From positions 32,001 through 96,000 of the IMG/VR virus record IMGVR_UViG_3300025141_013434: a stretch of 64,000 nt of DNA. One strand, written 5' to 3'. Made by a program: the position numbers and the translations under genes. The notes under the pieces are model-generated. The model made no database searches. It worked only from the letters and a program-made list of their open reading frames with translations, and was not told the origin of the DNA. The stretch's first letter is position 1. Every line of letters starts with the position of its first letter. Source of the stretch: a virus. Positions 28,718 to 38,025 of the stretch are shown in pieces.

Positions 28718-30028
28718 TTACCCCACAAAAACATTTAACGGCACTTTTTCTTGAATTGTGTTAGAAGAATCCAAAGTGGCTGCTTGTTGTTCCATCAGCT
28801 TTGGATAAGTCATTTCAGCAAGTGTTGTCTTCAATTCCTCTCTTAGTTTGTCCTGTTCTTCTCTCCCTTGTGAGATCAAATCAGAGCCATTCAAAGTGAC
28901 AGATTCCCCAGGAATAGGAATGCTTTGAAATTTGCTTCTCACCTGACCTAAAATTTCCTTGCACAGAGCCAGTGCAAATCTTCTTATCCATTGTTTGCCG
29001 ATACTATTTATACTACTGTACGGCAAATTTGCAAATGGTAGATTGTTCATATTATTAATACCGTCAACACCAGTTTTACCTGCGCCTTCGTCTTCTTCCC
29101 ATGGTTCAGACTGAACAGAAAACTTAAACCATATTTTGCTCGGATAAGTCGTACCTGGAGGTATTGGGAAAAGTCTCAATTTGTTATTTTTCAATTCGTA
29201 AGACCAGTGAGACATTCTTGTATAAATTGCATCTTCGAATTGCATTGCTTGCAGTTTATTCTGCCAAGAAGGTATTAACTCAAATGTCGAAGTATCAGAA
29301 AATTGACCATAACTGTGGAGATTCCCCACAACGTTCAACCCTCCGTAATATCCGTAGAATCTCCACATGGCCTGGGGTGTTTTATAGTAAACATTCCTAA
29401 CTAGTATCTTTTTATTTTTAACCTTGTTGTGCCAACCCTCTGAAGATTCAGAAAACTTAGATCCACTAAAGATTACTTGCTGAAGATCATAATCTTGAAC
29501 ACCGGTTTTAAGCTGCACTGATGCAGAATACTCTACATTGCCCGGGCCGACGCCAGCCTCTGCCCCAACTCCCTCTGCCACTCTTCTGGCGTACCCGAAG
29601 TTAAACTTTGGAAACTTTAAAGCAGTGTGGGTGCCGGCCAAAGAGGAAGATAACGTCGAGCCTTCGCCTGTGGGCTTAAGATGCCCAAGGTGGTCAAAGG
29701 TGCCGGTTGTTGCCCCTAGATAGGACGGCAGTGCATTGTTTGCCTGATGAATATTCAAAATATATGAGTACTCCAATACCGCCTCTTCATATGCTGAATA
29801 GACGTTTGCTGGATTTAACTCAATATCAAGAACATCACCTCCAAGCTTCCTATACACATAGGTTACTTGATCCACAGCGCCTGAAAGAAAATTAGGATCA
29901 AATAGTGCTGAGTTAGTTGCAGAATAAACGCCATATGGAACGCTTTTATTCACATTTCCCACACTACCCGAAGATGATAAAATACTTTTACTCGTTTTGC
30001 TAGCCGGAGTTAAAACTGGTGTAGCCAT
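28718..30028 (-). CDS. Neck/head-tail adaptor protein (gp13-like)
   Basis: RKLGGDVLDIEL, QWIRRFALALCKEILGQVRSKF..IP.PG..VTLNG.DL. Confidence 0.8.
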   Translation of the reverse strand: MATPVLTPASKTSKSILSSSGSVGNVNKSVPYGVYSATNSALFDPNFLSGAVDQVTYVYRKLGGDVLDIELNPANVYSAYEEAVLEYSYILNIHQANNALPSYLGATTGTFDHLGHLKPTGEGSTLSSSLAGTHTALKFPKFNFGYARRVAEGVGAEAGVGPGNVEYSASVQLKTGVQDYDLQQVIFSGSKFSESSEGWHNKVKNKKILVRNVYYKTPQAMWRFYGYYGGLNVVGNLHSYGQFSDTSTFELIPSWQNKLQAMQFEDAIYTRMSHWSYELKNNKLRLFPIPPGTTYPSKIWFKFSVQSEPWEEDEGAGKTGVDGINNMNNLPFANLPYSSINSIGKQWIRRFALALCKEILGQVRSKFQSIPIPGESVTLNGSDLISQGREEQDKLREELKTTLAEMTYPKLMEQQAATLDSSNTIQEKVPLNVFVG

Positions 30029-30050
30029 TCATGAATCCTCCATTACTAAA

Positions 30051-30058
30051 TAATTAGT
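30051..30058 (-). promoter_or_regulatory. Putative late promoter motif ACTAATTA
   Basis: Upstream of the neck genes. Confidence 0.55.
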
Positions 30059-30095
30059 ATTAAACTAGGCAAAACACTAGTACTTAAAAATTACT

Positions 30096-30461
30096 TTATT
30101 CTTTCGTAGTTTTTTCGGTGGCCGCGGGGTTCGTCGTTGGAGTAGATTTCTTTCTCGTTGTCGACCGCTTTCTCGTTGTTTTTTTACGAGTAGGTGCCTT
30201 ACTGGTGGAGGTTTTTTTTAATGCGTTAGGGAGAGGCCTCTTGGGAGACTCGGATTCTACTATCACCTCTGGTTCAGGTTCAGGCTCTACTATCACCTCT
30301 GGTTCAGGTTCAGGCTCTACTATCACCTCTGGTTCAGGTTCAGGTTGTGAGACGATTTCTTCTTTTTCTATATCTTTTTTAGTACCAAACAACGCTTCTC
30401 GTTTAGAAGAAAATTTCTTGGCAAATTTAGCCATTGTTAATCTTTTATTGCGTTTTCCCAT
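30096..30461 (-). CDS. Low-complexity protein (basic ends, PEPEPEVIVE repeats)
   Basis: Start MGKRNK with AGGAG RBS and late motif. Lys/Thr-rich C-tail. Confidence 0.6.
   Translation of the reverse strand: MGKRNKRLTMAKFAKKFSSKREALFGTKKDIEKEEIVSQPEPEPEVIVEPEPEPEVIVEPEPEPEVIVESESPKRPLPNALKKTSTSKAPTRKKTTRKRSTTRKKSTPTTNPAATEKTTKE
30256..30345. repeat. Three tandem copies of a 30-bp coding repeat
   Basis: TCTACTATCACCTCTGGTTCAGGTTCAGG(C/T) x3. Confidence 0.9.
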
Positions 30462-30504
30462 CGAAAACTCCTTTCTGGTTATATAGTAAATAGCAACCAA
30501 AAGA

Positions 30505-30536
30505 AAGAAAAACCCCAAGCAATAAAGCTTGGGGTT
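30505..30536 (-). terminator. Intrinsic terminator
   Basis: AACCCCAAGC-6nt-GCTTGGGGTT plus a T-rich tail on the minus strand. Confidence 0.8.
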
Positions 30537-30562
30537 AATTCTTTGATAAGGCGAGTTAACTA

Positions 30563-31069
30563 TTAGGTCGGATCTGTGAATACCGCGGATCCGTTCCCGT
30601 TGGCGTCAGCGGTGATTATGATACCATCTAACAACCAAGCGTCGTTTGAAATCTTGACGCATTCAATCCAGGTGCCTATGTTGCCCCCACTGTGATCTAA
30701 GTTGGCGTCTAGTGTGATCCTGCAATCGTTTGTAGCCGGGACGAGTATATTCACAGTATCGCCGCCCGCGCCGTCACCGGTTGCGAGTGTTTCGCCGTAA
30801 ATAACAGATCCAACGAAGTCGTCTCCGCCTGAGTCGGCAGTATCACCTGTAGTGATCGTATAAGCGTTGTTGTTTGCTGCAATTACCACGAACCTATAGA
30901 ACGTTCCGGTTTGAACCGTGCTAAGTTCCGGTAGTGTTACTGCAAGTGCTGAAGTTGAGTTTAACAACAGTGTCTTTCCAGAGTCTCCCTGTGTTAACGT
31001 TGCGTCTGCATCCAGCGTTTTGATATTCTTTCGGGCCCCTTCGTGGGCCGCTCTTCCTATCTTACTCAT
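30563..31069 (-). CDS. Putative capsid decoration/accessory virion protein
   Basis: Directly downstream of the major capsid gene, with its own late motif, RBS and terminator. DSGKT.LL...VTLP...GT.YRFVV pattern. Confidence 0.5.
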   Translation of the reverse strand: MSKIGRAAHEGARKNIKTLDADATLTQGDSGKTLLLNSTSALAVTLPELSTVQTGTFYRFVVIAANNNAYTITTGDTADSGGDDFVGSVIYGETLATGDGAGGDTVNILVPATNDCRITLDANLDHSGGNIGTWIECVKISNDAWLLDGIIITADANGNGSAVFTDPT

Positions 31070-31128
31070 TTTAAATCTCCTTAAAGTATATTTCAAGGCC
31101 CTGAACGCCTTATCATAGGTTTCACTTA

Positions 31129-31136
31129 TAAATAGT
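31129..31136 (-). promoter_or_regulatory. Putative late promoter motif ACTATTTA
   Basis: Just after the major capsid terminator. Confidence 0.6.
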
Positions 31137-31148
31137 TATCCACAAACG

Positions 31149-31177
31149 AAAAAGCCCCCTCAAATGAATGAGGGGGC
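31149..31177 (-). terminator. Intrinsic terminator after the major capsid gene
   Basis: GCCCCCTCA-6nt-TGAGGGGGC plus TTTTT. Confidence 0.85.
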
Positions 31178-31207
31178 CAAATCTTTTTAGTTAGTTATCA
31201 GACTCTA

Positions 31208-32992
31208 TCAAGAGCCAGCCTCACCAAGGAGACCACGGACAATAACAAGACCATACATATCTGGTCGGACCATCTTCTTGGCGTAACGGGTCATAACTCC
31301 CTTACGCGGCACGAAGTCTTCCGTACCAAAAATGGTCGGTGTCACCTGCAGTGGCACATACGGAGCGTAAACATAGCCACTCTCAAGGAATGAGCCACCC
31401 TTACGGCCGACGAGGACCACATTGCGAGGGAAGTAGGGGTCAACGTAAACGTCCCACTTCTTGCTAAGGGATCCACTCTTAACTGCACCAACGGTTCCGC
31501 GGTCTGCATCCGCAGTTACACTGGCTCGGAAGCCACTAGTAAACTCAAGGATGTTAGCAACCTCTGGAGAACAAACAACGAAGTTTGCGCCTCCGCGGAG
31601 CGTCTTTCTGTGGATCTGAGCCGACACGTCATTGATCGTCTCAATAAGGGTCTCGTACCACTCGCTGACGGTGCCGGTGAAGTCTGGAGCTGCCGAAGTA
31701 GCGCCGAGTTCACTTCCGTTACTATCAACGAAAAGGCCTGGAGCGCGGCTCCAGTAACGAGTACCAGCCTTTGCACCAACGATAAGATCACCAAGAATTT
31801 CCTGATCAATTTCAAGAGCAATCTGCTCCGAAAGAATACCAGTCAATTCGACTTCAGCATCAAGATTGTGGTATGCGTTGAGATCCTGTCCCAACTCAGG
31901 GGTCCACTTGGCCTTGAGCTTCTTAGTTACGGCCGTCACGGCAATACTGTCGACCTTGATGTCGATCTCTGGAATACGCTGCTTGCCCGAGGAAGAACCA
32001 ACTTCTCCTGTGGAAGGTGATGGCTCTTCAAGGCCCCAGACATCAGCACCTACAACTGCGCCAATCGTATCTGCTCCGCCATTTCCAGCATTAGCATTAT
32101 TGAAATTGTCTGCTACTGGAAATGACAAGTTGAGTCTCTGTCCATCGCCGCCGGCGACATCAGGAGCTGCACCGGGTCGACCGACGAAAAAGAGCTGCAA
32201 GTTGCCGTCAGAGTCGAACTTGGTAAGTCTTCTGACCAAGGTTGCACCGGTGGATGAACCAGTAACCTGGGAAATAGCAGTGAGTGCATTCCTATTCAGG
32301 GATGCAAGGTCGCCGCCGTTTGCAAAAGAAGAGGCACTAATTTGCAATGCCGTAACCATATTGGAATTGTCGGACAAAACATCAGGATCGAACCGGATAT
32401 GCTTCTTCTGAGCCTGTGTAAAGGCAGAAGCAGAAACGTCGATAATTGGATTTGACCCCAAGGTCTGAGCCAAACCAACGTGGCTTCCTGTTGGTGAACT
32501 GTAACCAGTTCCCAAATCGTAGAAGCCGCCGCCGCCATCCTGCTGCCGGTCAGACTGAGTGGGATCCAGGCCTAACTGAACACCACCGGTGATCTGACGA
32601 CCAACGACGTGGCCACCGTATACCGATTCACCGGGCAATACCCCGGCTCTACCATGTGTGTGCGTAAAATCAAGGAAAAAGATAAGGCCACTCGGCAAGC
32701 TCATTGGCTGAACCGATACCAAATCGTTAGCGATCAACCCGCCGAAAACACGACGAACGATCGGAAAAGCAACTGCGGCGAAGCCTTCGACATCACCTGC
32801 AGCCATCGATGAAGCTTCTCGGAGAAGCTCCTTAGCCTGATTCTCAAGGAGAACGGCCATTGTATTCTTGTTGCGATCGTCACCAAGACCCTCTAGAAGT
32901 CCAGTCTTTTCCCACTTATTAAGCAGGGCTGCTCCTTCCTTCTGGACGTCACGGTGAACGATGCCTTCTGTAAGTTTCTGTAAAACAGACAT
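31208..32992 (-). CDS. Major capsid protein (T4 gp23-like)
   Basis: KW...GLLEGL, LLENQ, FPIVRRV...LIANDLVSVQPMSLPSGLIF, KLKAKWTPELGQDLNAYH, YAPYVPL, PRKGVMTRY. Confidence 0.96.
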   Translation of the reverse strand: MSVLQKLTEGIVHRDVQKEGAALLNKWEKTGLLEGLGDDRNKNTMAVLLENQAKELLREASSMAAGDVEGFAAVAFPIVRRVFGGLIANDLVSVQPMSLPSGLIFFLDFTHTHGRAGVLPGESVYGGHVVGRQITGGVQLGLDPTQSDRQQDGGGGFYDLGTGYSSPTGSHVGLAQTLGSNPIIDVSASAFTQAQKKHIRFDPDVLSDNSNMVTALQISASSFANGGDLASLNRNALTAISQVTGSSTGATLVRRLTKFDSDGNLQLFFVGRPGAAPDVAGGDGQRLNLSFPVADNFNNANAGNGGADTIGAVVGADVWGLEEPSPSTGEVGSSSGKQRIPEIDIKVDSIAVTAVTKKLKAKWTPELGQDLNAYHNLDAEVELTGILSEQIALEIDQEILGDLIVGAKAGTRYWSRAPGLFVDSNGSELGATSAAPDFTGTVSEWYETLIETINDVSAQIHRKTLRGGANFVVCSPEVANILEFTSGFRASVTADADRGTVGAVKSGSLSKKWDVYVDPYFPRNVVLVGRKGGSFLESGYVYAPYVPLQVTPTIFGTEDFVPRKGVMTRYAKKMVRPDMYGLVIVRGLLGEAGS

Positions 32993-33011
32993 AGTTTTTC
33001 AAACCTCCTAA

Positions 33012-34124
33012 TTATTGTTTGTTCTTTTTGATGCCAGCCAAACGCTGCATCCTTTCCGCGAAGATATCACTAGTGTTGTTATCCACATCGTTTCTTCGGG
33101 AATTAATAATTAATGAAGGGTTTCTACTAACGGCTTCGCTCAGTGATTTCGGCAATGACTTCTTGTCAGTGCTTCCCACCGTGCTTTGAAGGGTCTCGTA
33201 AATAACCTTCGCTTCTTGTACAGTTTCAGCCTTGGAGATTGCTTCGACAATTTTTCTTTTTTGTCGCTCATTCAGGGAGGAATCTTCAAGGGACCTGTTA
33301 ATATATAAAAGTTTCGCATTGGAAACATTCACATTATCAATCTTTTCTTTTAAGAATAAGACAGCATCCCGGAATTCGTCATTTCGCTTGGAAAGCTTAT
33401 TCTCGGATGCTTTAGAAATTTTTATTGATTCTTCGAGTTCTGCGACTCGATTGCGCAGAGCTTCATTTTCTTCTTTGACCTCATCGTCGTTTTCTCTTGC
33501 GACGGCCTGGAGTTCAGCTTCATCTAGTGCTGGCTCTGGAGTTGCCAGATGACCAGTCTTTACCGGCTCAATGTCAACTTTAAGTCTTTCCATTATTTCG
33601 TCTACTAGGAAATCTTCAAGGTCAAAGTCTTCTGTCATCGTGCTGGCCGCTTCGGGAGAGGTCTCTGCAGCTGTGGCTAAAGTATCATCGGCAGCAAGTT
33701 CTTGATGAGTTTCTTCCGGGGCGGGGGGTGCGCCTTCTTCAGCTTCTATATCCTGTATCTTTTGAACCAGATCTGGCAGTTCGAATGTTACTGTTTCTGA
33801 ATCGCTAGCGGGTTGTTCGGGAATATCGTCGGCGGGTGCGGAGGGAATTTGTTCCAAGGATGGATCTTCTTCCACTTCTTCTTCTCCTCCAAGTTCCGCG
33901 CCAAGGTCACCGCCCAGATCGTCTAGGCCGCCGGCGAGGTCATCACCTGCGGGCTCTTCCAATCCAGCGAGAGGATCCTCTTCATCCTCCTGCTCTAAAA
34001 GAGCGCTTACAGCTTCTTTTATCTGATCAGAATATTTTTCGATGACCATGGTTTCGGCATTTTTGATCGCAGCCTCTTTCAAGGCCTTTGCATCAACGAT
34101 GGCTTGTTCTAAAAGTGAAGACAT
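33012..34124 (-). CDS. Prohead scaffold/core protein (gp22-like)
   Basis: Acidic coiled-coil protein directly upstream of the major capsid gene, ending RMQRLAGI. Confidence 0.75.
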   Translation of the reverse strand: MSSLLEQAIVDAKALKEAAIKNAETMVIEKYSDQIKEAVSALLEQEDEEDPLAGLEEPAGDDLAGGLDDLGGDLGAELGGEEEVEEDPSLEQIPSAPADDIPEQPASDSETVTFELPDLVQKIQDIEAEEGAPPAPEETHQELAADDTLATAAETSPEAASTMTEDFDLEDFLVDEIMERLKVDIEPVKTGHLATPEPALDEAELQAVARENDDEVKEENEALRNRVAELEESIKISKASENKLSKRNDEFRDAVLFLKEKIDNVNVSNAKLLYINRSLEDSSLNERQKRKIVEAISKAETVQEAKVIYETLQSTVGSTDKKSLPKSLSEAVSRNPSLIINSRRNDVDNNTSDIFAERMQRLAGIKKNKQ

Positions 34125-34159
34125 AAACTTACCCCTTAAAAAAGAAAATTTCTCACAAG

Positions 34160-34167
34160 TAATTAGT
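34160..34167 (-). promoter_or_regulatory. Putative late promoter motif ACTAATTA
   Basis: Upstream of scaffold and major capsid genes. Confidence 0.6.
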
Positions 34168-34212
34168 AATTCAAAAAGCTAAATGACAGTAAATATTACT
34201 TACAAGGTAGGA

Positions 34213-35295
34213 CTAGGGATTCTCAGTCACAGAGCCGTCGTCTCGAACGTACCAGCAAGCTTGATCATTAGCGCCCATGCAATGTGCAAAAGTGCTTCCG
34301 CCATAATTTAAAGTTGTAAGGCCTCCGGACTCGTTAGGGTTGCAATTACCTTCTTGACCCACGAGGATACAAGGAACATAACCAACAAAAGTCCAGTCAT
34401 CGGGGCTGGTGTTTTGATATTGATTGTCGAAAATGGCCAGCTTATAAAAGTTGTATGCTGCGGAAGACTCTTCATCATTCCCCGGATGCTGATTTCGAGT
34501 ATATGTCGCATGATTTTGAAAGCCCTTGTAGGCGACAGCAGGGCCAGCAACACAGGGAACCCACACGTTATTGCTGGATTCGTATCTCATATGAAAAATA
34601 TTATAAAGAGTTCCACCTACATTGGCCCAGCTGGTAAATTTAGAGCAGGCTATAAAAAACCCTGATGCGTTATTGCCATGGGATTCTATTTGACCCGCGA
34701 ACATACCAACATCATAATATTTATTATCTCCTGAAACCAAGTGCTTTCTCAAAAACACATAATTCGGAGTTTCTATTATTTTTGCATATGCATATCCACT
34801 ATAGTTTGCATATAGTCCCCCATAGTCTCCGCCGCCGGCTCGGGTCCATCCGGAAAAACGAGTAGCTGACGCAATTTGAGTAGCCCTATTTGTTATCGAA
34901 GATACTCCGCCGGCGGGGGCGATGGCGAGATGTACATCGTTTTGAGTATAGGTGCCGGATGATCCGTATGTGCCCACAGTGTCGCCCATAACGTTTGGGC
35001 ACTTGTTTGTTTTCATTGCACTACCGACATCATACCCATTTGCAAGGCATATCTCCACACCGGTTGTTGCGTTCTCTATAATAAACCCACCATCGCCGGC
35101 CGCTGAAGTGGTTGACGCGGTGCCCGATTTGATAGACCAATATTTAGAAACACCGTTAAAATGAGTATATAATGCTGCCAGAAAGTTTCTTACTCCCGAG
35201 GTTGCAGAAGCGCCCGTCCACGATATCGCAGAAAACTGAATATCAGTTGCGGTCGATGACCCGGGTGTTAGTTTTTTTGGTTGCTGCAATGACAT
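34213..35295 (-). CDS. Hypothetical beta-rich protein, paralog of 35297-36523
   Basis: Start MSLQQPK directly after the upstream stop. Shares motifs with its neighbour. Confidence 0.65.
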   Translation of the reverse strand: MSLQQPKKLTPGSSTATDIQFSAISWTGASATSGVRNFLAALYTHFNGVSKYWSIKSGTASTTSAAGDGGFIIENATTGVEICLANGYDVGSAMKTNKCPNVMGDTVGTYGSSGTYTQNDVHLAIAPAGGVSSITNRATQIASATRFSGWTRAGGGDYGGLYANYSGYAYAKIIETPNYVFLRKHLVSGDNKYYDVGMFAGQIESHGNNASGFFIACSKFTSWANVGGTLYNIFHMRYESSNNVWVPCVAGPAVAYKGFQNHATYTRNQHPGNDEESSAAYNFYKLAIFDNQYQNTSPDDWTFVGYVPCILVGQEGNCNPNESGGLTTLNYGGSTFAHCMGANDQACWYVRDDGSVTENP

Positions 35296-35296
35296 A

Positions 35297-36523
35297 TTAT
35301 TCAGCCACCTGCCCGTCGTCGTAAACCCAGAAGCTACCTGACATGTTTGCAGCATAAGTTGTATTGTTGGAATCCTTCATTAGGGCAGAGTTTGCAATAT
35401 TTCTACAGTGCTTCGATGGTTCCGCGGGACCAATCAAAACACAAGGAAAGGTTCCGATCATTATTGAGTTGTTGGTAGTTGCCAGTTGACCATAGTTGTC
35501 AACAAGGGCACACTTGTGCAAATTAAAGTTTGTGCCATCGTGAGAAGATGTAGGAAGATTCGGGTAAGAACCGCCGGCGTCCAAAAAGCCGCCTTGATCG
35601 TCCTCTGGTCGAGCCTTACCTATGCCAAACCGGCCGGCAGAGGCTTCATACACACACTGAACTCCCAATCTAGTTCCCCAGCCACCGTTAGAATCACGGC
35701 CGTCGCTGTAAGTAGTTGACCAGCTCCCACCACAAACAACATTCCTAGTAGTGTTAACACCGGGAGATTCTATCTTTCCACAAAAGACCCCAGTGCGATA
35801 AGCAGCACCATGATTCGTGACGACTGTTTGGTAGGCCTTGTTATCCGATGACCCGGTATAGTCCATTTTGGCCCGCACAAAGAACCAATCTTTAGTTTCT
35901 AATATCTTGAGCTTCACTATGCTGCCAGCCATACGACCACCACCAAACACGTCGTAACAAAGGCCAGAAAATCTACTATTTCCCGCTGAGGCTGTAAGAA
36001 CTCCAGTTATCTCACAAGCAGTATCCATACCAACAAACACGTCCCTATAGGTAGAACAGGTGACATAAGTGCCCGGGTCGTGGCCCTTATCTTTTACGTC
36101 CCTGAACTTCTTTTGGAACTCGTTTCTCCAGGATGCGGGAGCAGCGTTAATAAATAAGAATCGGGCGTCGTTATTGGCAGTACTTTCTGTTTTAGACTTT
36201 ACAATAAATCCCCGCTCACCGGTACCCTGAGAGTTATTTGCAAAAGTCATATTTGCATTACTTGAGCCAGAATCACCTGTATGTACAGTCCAATATTGGG
36301 ATTCCCCGTTAAAGTACGCATATAGTTCTGCCATTATTTTTCGTATGTTTGCGCCACCGCTATATTGCACAATCCCACTCCCGGGACTGGTAGAACCATA
36401 TTCAGCGCCGGAATCATTAAGGGTGACAGATCCATGATCCCAAGACCTAACGCCGATATAAGCATCTGCTAGGGATGGGACAGCTGTCGCGAAAGCTGTT
36501 CGAACTTTTACTGCTGTTGTCAT
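35297..36523 (-). CDS. Hypothetical beta-rich protein, paralog of 34213-35295
   Basis: LY.YFNG.S.YW, GFI, RFSG, KI.ET, G.IES, PC.L.G and DDG.V are shared with its neighbour. Confidence 0.65.
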   Translation of the reverse strand: MTTAVKVRTAFATAVPSLADAYIGVRSWDHGSVTLNDSGAEYGSTSPGSGIVQYSGGANIRKIMAELYAYFNGESQYWTVHTGDSGSSNANMTFANNSQGTGERGFIVKSKTESTANNDARFLFINAAPASWRNEFQKKFRDVKDKGHDPGTYVTCSTYRDVFVGMDTACEITGVLTASAGNSRFSGLCYDVFGGGRMAGSIVKLKILETKDWFFVRAKMDYTGSSDNKAYQTVVTNHGAAYRTGVFCGKIESPGVNTTRNVVCGGSWSTTYSDGRDSNGGWGTRLGVQCVYEASAGRFGIGKARPEDDQGGFLDAGGSYPNLPTSSHDGTNFNLHKCALVDNYGQLATTNNSIMIGTFPCVLIGPAEPSKHCRNIANSALMKDSNNTTYAANMSGSFWVYDDGQVAE

Positions 36524-36533
36524 TTTCTACGCC

Positions 36534-36608
36534 TTAAGCTCTATTGACTCCAGAGGGGATTTTCTCACAAAGCATTTTATTGTCTGTAGTTTGTCTTTTA
36601 CTGCTCAT
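36534..36608 (-). CDS. Possible 24-aa peptide
   Basis: GGAG RBS, then MSSKRQTTDNKMLCEKIPSGVNRA filling the intergenic gap. Confidence 0.3.
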   Translation of the reverse strand: MSSKRQTTDNKMLCEKIPSGVNRA

Positions 36609-36622
36609 ATTAAAAAAACTCC

Positions 36623-36853
36623 TTATGAAACTATCGTTCCGCCTGATGGTAGGTTTATATCATCACATGGTATCGTACAAAACCCCTTTCTAGGGTTCAT
36701 CTGGGTTCGAATCATTGCACGAGAAAACAAAATAAAAGGAACCTGATCAATGTCTCCGCAAACAACATGCTGACCAGAAGCGTCAATGTTTGTCTCTAAA
36801 ACTCCACTTTGATTAAAAGTTGTGAATCTTCTGTTTCCGTTGCCGTAGGCCAT
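36623..36853 (-). CDS. Hypothetical small protein
   Basis: AGGAG RBS before MAYGNG. Confidence 0.6.
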   Translation of the reverse strand: MAYGNGNRRFTTFNQSGVLETNIDASGQHVVCGDIDQVPFILFSRAMIRTQMNPRKGFCTIPCDDINLPSGGTIVS

Positions 36854-36867
36854 CTTCTTAAATCTCC

Positions 36868-37311
36868 TTAGAATGTTGAGCAGGCGGCCCAACACTTAGT
36901 ATCGGCAGTGACTCCAACAAAAGCAAGCCTGTCTACACCAAAGATTTCAAAGGTCTGGGCCTTCCGACCAGCGAGTGCTTCCGTACCATCATTATCCGGG
37001 GCGGTCAAGGTCACGGCGGTGGGTGGCTCGCCAGCATCCGAAGGGGCTAATAGCGGAAACCATTTTCCAAATGCATGGTTATACCCGTATACAGTAATTG
37101 TTCTGGCCCCGGCGGTGTCGTCGTCCGCGGAGCCGTTACCCACCAAAAGATGAAGGTACCTTTGATTTTCTGTTGCATAGCCATCGGTCACCGCGGTGAG
37201 AGCACCAACCAGTACGACGCTGACCTCAGCCGCGCGCGTGCTGGCAAGATTTTTCGGTCCCCTTGTTCTGCCCCAGCTAGTGTTCTTGTATACTTTGTTA
37301 TCATGCGCCAT
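36868..37311 (-). CDS. Hypothetical virion-associated protein
   Basis: AAGGAG RBS, 147 aa, located in the head module. Confidence 0.6.
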   Translation of the reverse strand: MAHDNKVYKNTSWGRTRGPKNLASTRAAEVSVVLVGALTAVTDGYATENQRYLHLLVGNGSADDDTAGARTITVYGYNHAFGKWFPLLAPSDAGEPPTAVTLTAPDNDGTEALAGRKAQTFEIFGVDRLAFVGVTADTKCWAACSTF

Positions 37312-37343
37312 TTATGCAACTCCTTGCTCTCTAATATATAGAA

Positions 37344-37562
37344 CTATTTATTGTTCTTTTTCGTTGTTTCCCTGGAAATTCTCTTTTTTCTTTCTCTTTT
37401 TCTTCGGCGTTTTTCAGATGCACTTTGAAAATGTCTTCTTTCCCTCACTAATTCCAAAAGTCCATCCTTTTTAACTTTCTTGACAAACTTCTTTATTAAC
37501 CTCTCATTCTCGTCGAGATATTTTGAATTCGCTTCCACCTCGATATATATAGCCTTGGCCAT
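37344..37562 (-). CDS. rpsU: Phage-encoded ribosomal protein bS21
   Basis: ERLIKKFVKKVKKDGLLELVRERRHFQSASEKRRRKR matches the bS21 consensus (E.AL.RFKR.....G...E.R.R..(Y/F)EKPS..R..K). 72 aa, basic. Confidence 0.85.
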   Translation of the reverse strand: MAKAIYIEVEANSKYLDENERLIKKFVKKVKKDGLLELVRERRHFQSASEKRRRKRERKKRISRETTKKNNK

Positions 37563-37579
37563 TAGGGTCCTCGCTTTCC

Positions 37580-38020
37580 TTAAATAAGTTTTTTCCAAGC
37601 ATCGCCGGCAACAGAAAGAATACCATCTATATTAATGCCCGGGTCGCCCGGGGAATAGTCAGACAACGGGGAGCTTGGGGTGGTGGTCTCCGATACAGAC
37701 CCGCCACGAGAGATGGGCTCCGTGCCTTCGAATACGTTTATTCCATTGAAAGCCTCTCCTCCAATGGCGTCGAGCATTTTCTTTCTAGTTTCTGTCAACT
37801 GCTTTCTTTTAGTTTTTTGTCTTTCTTTCAGAAGGTCTCCAGGCGGCGGGCTCATGTTGGCGGTAGCCTGTGGTCTCGACTCCACTATCGGAGTGCCAAC
37901 ATTTACACCTTTCACAACTTCTGAAATTATGCCCGAAAGTACACCTTCATCAAATATTACTTCTTTTATACACTGTTTGATAAGGGGCTTTAAGGCTTTT
38001 TTTAATTCTTCGTTTTTCAT
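37580..38020 (-). CDS. Hypothetical head-module protein
   Basis: N-terminal LKPLIKQCIKE motif. Confidence 0.65.
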   Translation of the reverse strand: MKNEELKKALKPLIKQCIKEVIFDEGVLSGIISEVVKGVNVGTPIVESRPQATANMSPPPGDLLKERQKTKRKQLTETRKKMLDAIGGEAFNGINVFEGTEPISRGGSVSETTTPSSPLSDYSPGDPGINIDGILSVAGDAWKKLI

Positions 38021-38025
38021 TCCTG

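Noticed and set aside
30256-30345. 30-bp direct repeats as a mini-CRISPR array
   Set aside because: The copies are contiguous with no spacers and are in-frame coding repeats.
26131-31134. TATAAATA on the plus strand as canonical T4 late promoters
   Set aside because: They point away from all genes. They are better explained as the reverse complement of the sense ACTATTTA motif.
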